A DNA stretch of 64,000 bases from Podarcis erhardii (taxonomy: Eukaryota): assembly GCA_964252035.1 (NCBI GenBank), contig OZ176204.1; one strand, written 5' to 3'. Positions 13,012 through 23,170 of the stretch are shown here, piece after piece; position 1 is the stretch's first letter; the number at the start of each line of letters is the position of its first letter. Made by a program: the position numbers and the translations under genes. Below the pieces are notes generated by a model. That model did no database searches. It was not told where the DNA came from and saw only the letters and a list, made by a program, of their open reading frames with translations.

Positions 13012-13248
13012 CATGGACGAAGCCAGCAGAGAGAAACATAACCTAGTTTAAAGCCATGTACTGTTTAGAGAAGTAAATATAATTAAGTCTTATTAGCATG
13101 TATTCTGTGAAGAAAGACTTGGGGGGAAATTGAATGCTGGGGGGCCGTGGGTGGGGGAGGTTGTGTGGATGTGTGTTTGCAGCCTTGGAAAACCATGACA
13201 AGGGGACAAAGTTTTTGGCAACTATGTTTAAGCTAACAAACGAATTTT

Positions 13249-13380
13249 NNNNNNNNNNNNNNNNNNNNNNNNNNNNNNNNNNNNNNNNNNNNNNNNNNNN
13301 NNNNNNNNNNNNNNNNNNNNNNNNNNNNNNNNNNNNNNNNNNNNNNNNNNNNNNNNNNNNNNNNNNNNNNNNNNNNNNNN
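13249..13380. other. N-run (132 bp)
   Basis: Directly visible. Confidence 0.99.
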
Positions 13381-13717
13381 GAGTGCCCATTAAGTCCAGT
13401 GAATACAGATGGACCGGCAGGTCACACATGGGACTAATCTGATTCATTTTAAAAATAAATGTGTGAATTATTGAATCAGTCTCCTGGTTTGACTCCTGTT
13501 TTGTGCATGTGTGCAGTCTTTTTAAAACAGACCCTCAAATGCTTCAGTGCCTTTTTAACCTGTATGTTTCCATTTTAAATTCAACGTTCTTGCCAAAAAC
13601 TGTAATTAGTTTTCAGTAGCCATCATTTAGTGTTGGATCCGAATAGTAGATTGATTAGGTCAGGCATTTGTTATTTTAAGGGCTTCGTCTCCATTTCTGA
13701 AGAGTTGGGGCTTAGTA

Positions 13718-13720
<3 letters not shown>

Positions 13721-13770
<50 letters not shown>
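13721..13770. repeat. (GA)25 microsatellite
   Basis: Directly visible. Confidence 0.98.
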
Positions 13771-13772
<2 letters not shown>

Positions 13773-16700
13773 GCTTTTAGAAACCAATGAGAGGGAAGCT
13801 CCCCAGGGACCTTTGAGCCTTTTGGCTTTTGGTTGTGTTAAACAGAGCCATGAATGAAGATCTGTAAATTTATTGCAGTGCCATCTGGGTTTTCCCGTTC
13901 GTTTTTGTAGGAACCATATTATTGTTGGCTTGTATCTGTCTATTGTAGTGGTCACTCCCCAGGAGCTTGCCCTCATCCTCCAAAGGAAAGTGATGAATAG
14001 CAAGGGTCAGCAGGCATAGGTCACAGGGCAGCTGTCCGGAGCTGCCCTGAACTTGATTACCCTACTGTCTTTAAAAATATTGGCACAATGCAGGTTGTTT
14101 AAAGAAAGCTTCTCTCTCCTGTGCTCAAATGGGGTAATAATGAAGTGCCTTTTTGCTGTCAAGACTTGCTCTATGGGGTGAGTTGGGGGTGGATCTCTGT
14201 GGAGAGGAAATCGTGTCAAAAGGTGCCATGGGGATGTGCTGACGGCAGCGGGATTGCAATGATGTGCATTGCACTTTTCATTGGGATCATCTCTCCTAAG
14301 AGCTTCCCGATGGAAGGAAAGTGAGGCACCCAAGACCCTTTTCCACCCCACCCCGTCCCAGCCACCCAGCATTTTCATGAACTCTTCCTTCAGCAATTTG
14401 ATACAGAGCTGCAACATTTAGAGGTTGGGGAGGACATACAAAGCCTCTGGCATTTTGTGCTGCAGGATGCTTAAAAGTATGGGCAAGCCAGAGCAAAAGA
14501 GAGGCAAAAGTAAAGGAACATCACTTCCTAGTTACTGTAGAGTAGGCTGTAGATGTTTGTGTGAGGAAAAGAGTTGGTGTCTAAGCTGTAATTTGTATCA
14601 ATCTTGAATGCTTGTTAGGAAAAAGCGACCCAGTATAAAGGAGGAATAGTTATTTCAAATGTGCTTATAATTTGCTTTTGTGTTTTCCTATCCACTATTA
14701 TTATCCCAAATGTCACTTGTGCAGAAATCCTTGCCTGTTCAGCAGAAATGTTGTCTTGCAGCCTAAAAACTCTGTGGTTGCCCCCTGTCCCTGTTTCAAT
14801 GCTAATCGGGTCTGTCAGATGTGCGGCATTTCTGCATTCCCCCGTAAAGGAGTAAATTGCTTGCGTTGTCTATTGTCCTGACCTTTTGTTTCCGTGTCCA
14901 CTTACAGGCCAATGAACGTGGGTAGTGATAAATAAAGCTCTGAGCAGGACTCTCAAGTCTTTGAAAACAGCATGTTGCCATCTCCCTAGTTATATTTCTT
15001 TAAGTGTTTACGTGTATGCTGAATTCTTTTCTCTTGTGTGGCTGGAACCCTGGGGCCTCGGAGCCATGAGAGAGGCCAAGAAGCTGACAAAGTAGCTGTC
15101 CCCTTGTTAGCTTGTTCCTTTCTTTTAAAAAACAACCACAAAAAAACCACAAGATGAAACCCATCTGGCTCAGGGCATTACATTTTCCTCCCCCATGCAC
15201 CTCTATAGATGAAGAGTTTCACCTGCAGTGAGGGTTTACATTGATTAGGAAGGGTGCAGTAATTCAACTCTGGCCATCCACTTCACTGATACTTTGCAGT
15301 CTTGAAAGGTGCTGACCCATTGAGTTAAGCTGTCAAGAGGAGGATAAAAAAGGAGCTCCGTCCCAGGAGGTAACAGCTGCCAGGTTTTCAACACCTTGTG
15401 CACTGCTGGAGAAATGTCACCAATTGTCAATGGGGAAGAAAAATGACTGACTTGCCTGCCATCTTCCCTTTTAATGACTAGCCTTATAAAATGAAGGATT
15501 TAAGCCTTGCAAGATCAGCCACCACAAGGCAAACTTTTCATTGGCAGGCAGAAAATCTAAAGCATTTTAAAGAGGTGCTACATATACAGTAGCCCTTTGG
15601 GGGGAAAGATGCAGTTAGCCCAGTTGGCTAGGGCGACCTTTGAATAATGGGGTATAAGCGTAAAAAGTTTGCGGAAGCCACTTGCATCCAGCATTAGCTT
15701 ATCTACTTTAGGGGGAAAGGCAGGAGGGGGAGCTATATTCATAAGCCAGTGAACTGAGAGAAAGCATACTGTATTTCTGCTCTTTGGAGGACAATTTGTT
15801 TTCAAGCTGCTACCAGATGGCTAAATACCATGACATTTCTCTTTTGTTTGGATTTTTTTTCCCTGTTTCAGTTTTTGTTTTACAAGCAATTCAGTACTCC
15901 TTGCTTTTGTCAATATTGTTTTACTGAATAAGTTTCAGTGGCTCGGGAATGGGACACAAAGTAGCATTGTCCTTCTCCTTGTTTTGATTGATAAAAGAGG
16001 ACACAAATGTTGGAAATGGGCTGAGCATTTCCTCCCCCCAATTGTTTTTAGGTTAGTCATTTTAATTGTACTGAGTAATTAGAAGGTACATACAGCCAAG
16101 GGAGCATTGTTATGGAAATTGCTCAGGAAAACCCATTCCCCATTTGCCATCACCATGTGTCAAGACAATTCTTCCCTCTAGTGGCAAAATTAGGGACTCT
16201 GGCTCCACAGTAGGCAAGGTGTAATTGCAATATGACAAACTGAGCTTTGGGGACGTTTCTGTAAATGTTCTTGGTTTTGGCTTGGCTAGTCTATATTTTT
16301 TCTTGCTGACTTCCTGCAGAGATCTTTTCCTCTTCCCACAAGCATTCCGAGCAACAGAGACTAGACATTTTACTTTAAATATAGAAACGATAATCACAGT
16401 GGATTCTGGGTAATGCTCTGCAGCTTGACTTAATTCTCATCTTCCTTTTATTTAATTACCTATTTATAAAAACGCTTTTAAATTTGCAGGCATTATTTAA
16501 TACTTTCGGAAGAAGCACCTCATTGGAAATAAATAAATAAATTGCCTTTTTAAAAAATAGTCTGTGTGAAAGACCTTAAGGGTAATTAATGGAGGTCTCA
16601 TAAGGCCCTGTAAGTGAGATGAAAGCGATCTTTCTGAATCTGCAAGAGTGATTTGTTCGTATAACTTCCCACTTCCACTGAATTCTTCAGAGTCTAATAA

Positions 16701-18744
16701 CTATTTTCTTACCATTTGGCAATTGGCGCTTTGCTGCAAAAGCCCTTGTTTGAACAATGAAAAAAAGAGTTTAATAATCTTGTCTCTGGAAATGACTTGG
16801 GGGAAGATTGTGCTCTTGGATTTCGTTGTTGTGTTTTTACTACAATAATATCTTTCTCTGATAAATCATGTAATTATTGACTACAGGGGTGGGAAAGAAA
16901 TCTTATTGAACATTTAGATTCTCCAATTAAAGTGCTGGTGTGCTGAAAGATGAGATCTTTTGGATGAATTGTGAAATAACTTTTTATTTAGACCATGCAA
17001 TGGCAAAAGCCATCCATTGGTATAGATGGAAAACTTGGAAGCCCTCAGGGATTCAAAGGATTAAGAGTAGGCCCACTTGATCCTGACATTGGAAGGACCT
17101 GTGGACCATTTTATTCATTGCATAGGAACCAACCCTGGGCTTGGTAAATGCATTCAGCAGAGAGCTGCACCAATTCCCGTCCTCTGAATGTTGTGATACA
17201 ATGTGTGTGTTGGTCATGTTCGTCCTTTGTACCTTTGGGCATAACCTAAAAATGTGAGACCTTAAGATGTTCGTCAGTCAAAGAGATACAGAGTTGTTAA
17301 TATACCCTGCGCTACTATGGAACATAGATATGAAGCAGTTTCTGCTAGTTTAAAACAGGTAAATTTTTAGTCTTTATGGCTGCAGAGAGAAGGTTGGCCA
17401 AGCATTACAGTGTTTATTGAAAAGAAGACAGACCCATTTCATACTTTGCTTATTGTTTCTGTATTTTAGATACTCCCTCCTTACCACCTCAGACCACCTC
17501 AAAATATTCTGATTTCCCCCACAGATTATGAAAAGACAATGTTTTACACTTCATGTAATTTTTAAGTGGTACTCCAGACAGTCACTCCACATCCATAGCA
17601 GCATCGGCAGGTGGTAATTTGGACCTTTGTCTGGCGATAGATGCTGCTTTGCATCCTCTCAAATGCTCCTCTCATTGCATTTCTGCTCCTGACATGATTT
17701 GAAGCGGTCATACGTCGGTAGATATTTTTTTCCCATTAGTGTGTTGCTATAGGCTGCTTAACACTCATCTCAAACAGCTTTTGCAAGGTTAAAGGAATGT
17801 GGCTTGGTAACAAGTTTGTGTCATTTTAAATATATACCTTCCAGTAAATAAGGAGGAGCCTAGCAATCAATCCCTTTTAGTGTGTTATATGTTTCACCTG
17901 ACAACTAAACCCTCTATTGATTAGCCATTACTTTGTTGGATAATCCTGTGTCATTGAAGCCACTGTAAAAATTAAACTCTTTAAAATGTTTTACCCTAGC
18001 AGCAGTGTGAAAATTGAAAACTTGTTCAGAATTATAGCCAGCTTTCACCAAAAGGGTAGTTTTCAACAAACTGGTTTATGCTTGCATTCTTTATATGCAG
18101 TATAAAACCGTATTAAAGCACTCCAACGCAAAGCTATCTGCCTCTGGCTCAGTATCTGGCTGCCATTTCAAACAGTGCTTCCTGTGGCCTAGAAATGGCC
18201 TCTCTTGGTGATTGGGGAGGAGATGCTTGGACAGTTCGGGTTTCTGAGCTAGAATTGAAACAGAAATCCTTTTATAGCCAAAACACGGAGTTTGGACTTC
18301 TGTAGAATGATCAATAATGTAACAATGCTTTGTGAATCTCACAAAGGAATTCAACATGAGGTAATGACAGGGGTGGCAGTGTTTCGGTGATGAAAAATTG
18401 AAACCTTCTAATCAATTTAAAAGGTGCCCCTGATTAATTGGGCAGCAGATTTAATGAAAATGTTTTTATGCCTTTTTAAACACTGTGGCTTGCATCTTAG
18501 TAGAGGCATTCTTCCTAAGCTTTCACACAGAAGGGGATGCACAAGATATTGCCTGCTTCAACATATGTGGGCATATTCGAAGAACAAATTACGTGTCTAT
18601 TCCTCTGTGACTGTGGCTGAAAACGCAATATTATCTGTATGACATACTCTCTCATAGAGATGCTACCCTTAAATTTTACAAAACCACAAAGAGCTTGGGG
18701 TCAGGTTATTCGGAAGATCTCCTTGTTCTGTATATATACCTACC

Positions 18745-19100
18745 TACCCGATGAGGCAGACAGTTATTAGGAAGAGGGTCTTCTCAGTGGTGGCACCCAA
18801 TTATGGAACATGCTTTATAAAGAGCCTTGCTTGGTGTCAGCCTTGCAGCCTTTTTGGCAATAGGTTAAAGCCTTTTTATGCATCCAGGCCATTAAAAAAA
18901 AACACAAGTTGTTCAGTCTGGCCATCTCAGTCTTAGGATCCATGCTTTATTGTTTCTCTTTGAGAAGCAGGTTTTTTATGCTACTTTTATTATTTTACAT
19001 TTTATTCTTAATATTTTATTTTATTTTTTAAATTTATGTGAGCTGCTTGGACAACGTATGTTATTGGGCAGCCATACAAATGCAGTAAGTAAATAAATAA
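18745..19100 (+). mobile_element. L2 LINE 3' fragment (degenerate)
   Basis: Encodes RKRVFSVVAP.. resembling the L2 ORF2 C-terminal RAFSVVAP.LWN motif; ends in TAAATAAATAA tail. Confidence 0.6.
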
Positions 19101-19721
19101 GCAGTTGTTCAAGCTTCCTCAAGAATCATTGAGCCCAGAAGCAGAAAAGTTTACGTGGCAGCGCTTTGTTTTGTCCAAAGTGAAATAGGAATGAGCCAAA
19201 TCCACTATGGAGCACCCTTCCTCATGCTTTGAATTTTTGCTCCTTCACAGGAATATTAAAAACACTTTTGCTTCTTGTTGCTGCTGGGTTTTTTGGGATG
19301 GAATGCATAGAGGATCTTTTGCTTTTTTGGTTTTTATTTAGATTTGTGCTCCATTGTGTGTTTTAGTTTTCTGTAAACCACATTGAAATACTCTTGGAAT
19401 GTACACCTTTGTAGAAATTAAGTAAATAATAGCTTCGGTTCCCCAGGAAAATAATAACCTTGTGGAGAACAGAGTGTTACCACCTACCCCACATTTTAAC
19501 AATTGACAAAATGAGCTTTTGCAGGTGGTGGGGGAGGTTGGGTCTCTGCTTTAAACCACTGCTGTAGAAGAGTTTGGAGTTGGAATATTCCCCCCCCCCC
19601 CGCCCCGCCCCTAGATTTCTTAATTTAAGAACTTGGAGGTGCATTTTTTTTCATGGTCCTTGAAATGTAAGGCTCTTGATTTAAGCAGTCCAAATCCCTG
19701 TAGGGCAGACTTGACCATTGT

Positions 19722-19961
19722 TCCAGTTACAGATAGGTAGCCGTGTTGGTCTGCCATGGTCAAAACAAAATAAAAAAATTCCTTCCAGTAGCACCTTAAA
19801 GACCAACTGAGTTAGTTCTAGGTATGAGCTTTCGTGTGCATGCACACTTCTTCAGATAGATGTGTATCTGAAGAAGTGTGCATGCACACGAAAGCTCATA
19901 CCTAGAACTAACTCAGTTGGTCTTTAAGGTGCTACTGGAAGGAATTTTTTTATTTTGTTTA
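19722..19961. mobile_element. Penelope-like insertion with inverted duplication
   Basis: Perfect 97-bp inverted arms 19762-19858 and 19865-19961, 6-nt loop GATGTG; 15-bp TSD AGACTTGACCATTGT at 19707-19721 and 19962-19976. Confidence 0.85.
19864..19901 (+). ncRNA. Minimal type I hammerhead ribozyme motif (sense to BTRC pre-mRNA)
   Basis: GUAU-CUGAAGA-A-GUGUGCAUGCACAC-GAAA-GC-UC-AUAC; predicted cleavage after C19897. Confidence 0.65.
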
Positions 19962-20130
19962 GACTTGACCATTGTGTATGATATCTCTGTATGACTATAT
20001 AATGCAGGCTGTCTGCTTTAAAAGTAGAAGCCCATGAATGCAATTAGCTGCTCTAAATACATGAAACACCTTACCTTTAGAACAAATACAGTTCCATTAT
20101 CCAAACCATTATTTCGTTTTTTCTTCACAG

Positions 20131-20220
20131 ACCTATAATAGCTGTGCCAGGCTCTGCATCAACCAGGAAGCAGTTTGCTTAGGGAGCACTGCTATGAAGA
20201 CTGAAAACTGTGTGGCCAAG
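20131..20220 (+). CDS. BTRC: BTRC coding exon (human exon 4 equivalent): TYNSCARLCINQEAVCLGSTAMKTENCVAK
   Basis: Polypyrimidine tract and cacag acceptor ending 20130, donor GTAAGT at 20221; 90 nt, phase 0/0; matches human TYNSCARLCLNQETVCLASTAMKTENCVAK. Confidence 0.97.
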
Positions 20221-22834
20221 GTAAGTAAAGCTGCAACTGTCATTCTTGTACCAGGTCAATAAGCTGCAAGTTCTCTCTTCATTGGAGAGGCAATTTAATA
20301 CTGTGCTTTCTGAATTTATCCGTGTAAACCTAATTGAGTCCATAGGGTCTTATGGGAACTTATGTAGTCCTTTATCGGTAATGCACATTTTTTTGTTTTA
20401 ATCCTAAGAATCCCTGCCTCATTAGTTCCCTGCCTGTAAAGGAAAAAGGTGAGATATAAATAAATATAATAATTATAATAATAATAATTAGTTTTTGAAA
20501 TTAGGGTGATAATATGGTGAAAATTTAGAAATGAGAGTTGAAAATCCTAGTGGTTTTTTTTTTTAATCTTATGATTTGTTGGGCCCTTTTAAACAAAAAA
20601 TGTGCCAAATGTATCTTAGCAATAGCCATGTAAATATGAGAAATGCACGACTCAACTGTTGCACCTCCAACTGGTGGTTTATTTATTTTTATGCTGTCTT
20701 TGTCCAAACAAGTTGTCCATGTTTGCTTCCAGCAGAGAGAGGCAGCTGAATGGGCATTCAGATTGTAGGGCTGCAATCCTGCCTCCTTTCTGAATTTAAG
20801 CCCCTGCAATTTTAGACAGGGAGCATATGATATTCTCATACCCCCCCTGCTGGCCACTGTCTCAAGTGACACAACTGGAGCCGAGGTGGGGGATTTGATT
20901 CACATACAGAGACATTGTCAGTGGGTTAGAAGGGCAGTGTTGAAGAAGCATCTGATTTTAAAACAAAGCACTTTCCAAGGGATGGTGGTTTGGGTATGTT
21001 CCCTTTTGCATTGCCACATCAAAAGAGACATTCTCAGGGAAATGTGCATCCTGTCTTTGGCTTCCCCTGCAACTAAATATAACTCCCATAAAATAAGAAC
21101 CGTGTCTGAGGGATTGTGAATGACTGGAAAACATTCCAGCCACGATACAGTATATATAAAAAGGGCATGTTTAGCCTTGCTTAAGCTTCATGTTTCCATT
21201 GGAAGGAAGTTCAGGATAGCCCTGCAGGACAGATCAGTGCATGCAGCCATCTGTTAGCAAAACCAGCTGGCGCTTTTGCAGCATCTCTCCCCCTCCTCTT
21301 CCCACCCCCAACAAAATGGCTGGTAGAGAAATGATTGCCCTCTTCTCCCTCCTCATTCCTTGGGATTTCTTCCTGTAATGCCTTCCCCCCAGAATATGTA
21401 TTCTTGCTCTAGATTGATGCCATATCCAAGAAACCTTTCTTTAACTTTACTCAAATATAAAAAATAATCCCTTTGGCAGACAGTAATGCCATGCAAATTT
21501 TCTCCACCTTTCTGTAAAACTGCCTGTCGCATACAACGTTTCTCCTCAAGTGTGTCAATCTACAGAATCCAACATCCATTTATGTATGGTGCCAATGTGT
21601 GAGCAGTCTGAGCAAATCGCTCAGTGTGCATAACTCTGTGGGAAGCTTGCTTAACCCCAGACAGAATGAAATTCTCCCTAAGGCCAGATAGATACCTCTG
21701 TTGGAATTTTGGCATTCAGTAGTATACATAATGTTACTCTAGAGGACCAAGCTGTATGGCGTCACACCCTCTGTACAATTGTGCATGTCTCTGTATGCTT
21801 TTGCATAGTTTGCAGCTCAGTGTGGTAGGAGCTTCAGCGAGCTGGTCAGACAAAAGACTAAGCCATAGTTTAGTATTGTGGTAGCAAACCTCAGCAGGCC
21901 TTATGCTTGCTTTCTCCCTCTCCTCCTCAGGGGCAGCTACAAGGAAGAGTTTGGAAGGTTTTTGCTTCTGTTTTAGATTAACCACAGCTCGCCTTGTTGC
22001 CTAACCTCTGTGAAGCTGTGGTTAATTTTAACTTTGGCTTATTTATTATTATTTTTCTAGTTCTAATAATTTATACATAGTTTAATACTGTAGTTGTATT
22101 GTGTACAATAGATGTTATGGAGGGATACAGCATAAAAATAGTTAAAATAAACCATAAGATTCGGGGGGGGGGAGCCTGCTGAAAGTCTTTACCAACCATA
22201 AAATGTTTACCAAGCATCAGAGAGCAGGCTGCCTTATTTCAGCTTGGAGGGAGCTCCTCAGAATTGGACTCACAATACTGAAAGCACAACCAGTAGTTTG
22301 TGAAGCTGGCTTATTTCTGCTGATCAGCAGTTTAAGATTAACCACAGTTTAGGGTTCAGATGATTCATAAACTGTGGTTAACATAAAACAGTAACAAAAA
22401 TTTCCAGTGTCCTCCTCGTGTCCACAGTAGAATGAGGGAAGAGTGTGCAAGCCATGACATACTTATCAAGCAAGTAAGTGCAAAGAGCGTAGCTTAGGGT
22501 GCAGCTAGGTGATGTAGTGGTATGGTGGGACTTTTGCAGTAAGACTCGGGAAATGTTGGTGGAGCCCAAGTCTCTACAGTCCCTGTTCCATGTGCTGTAT
22601 GAGTCCAGTTGAGCAATTAAAATGTGATGATACAGGGTCAGAGTTCAGGCTCATAATTTTGGGGGGGGTGGAGGCCTTGTGGTTGTCTTTTTCCTAATAC
22701 TCTGAAAAATACGACAATGTCCAGTCCTTCTATGGCAGATGGGGGACATCAGCTCTGTAATGCAAATGCATCTTCTTAGTTGAGAAGCATTTTGTGTAGT
22801 GTTGTATCCAAACTGATGCCTTGATTCTTACTTG

Positions 22835-23170
22835 AAAGGTAAAGGGTAAAGGGACCCCTGACAATTTAGTCCAGTCGCGAATGACTCTGGGGTTGCGGCG
22901 CTCATCTCGCTTTACAGGCTGAGGGAGCCAGCGTTCGTCCGCTTCCACAGGCAGTTTTTCCGGGTCATGTGGCCAGCATGACTAAACTGCTTCTGGCAAA
23001 ACCAGAGCAGCGCACGGAAATGCCGTTTACCTTCCCGCCGGAGCGGTACCTATTTATCTACTTGCACTGCATGCTTTCCAGTTGCTAGGTTGGCAGGAGC
23101 AGGGACCGAGCAATGGGAGCTCACCCCATTGCAGGGATCCGAACCTCCGATCAGCAAGCCCAAGCGGCAC
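22835..23170 (-). mobile_element. Sauria SINE (lacertid POM-like), near full length, 5' head eroded
   Basis: Minus strand has tail ...GGGGTCCCTTTACCCTTTACCTTT and body GTAAAGCGAGATGAGCGCCGCAACCCCAGAGTC, GTGCAAGTAGATAAATAGGTACCGCTCCGGCGGGAAGGTAAACGGC, matching the recalled Sauria SINE consensus. Confidence 0.88.

Noticed and set aside
13630-13857. ORF with poly-ER tract
   Set aside because: Translation of the (GA)25 microsatellite.
16171-16186. CTCF-like CCACTAGAGGGA on the minus strand
   Set aside because: Lacks the conserved C after the G-run; too weak to report alone.
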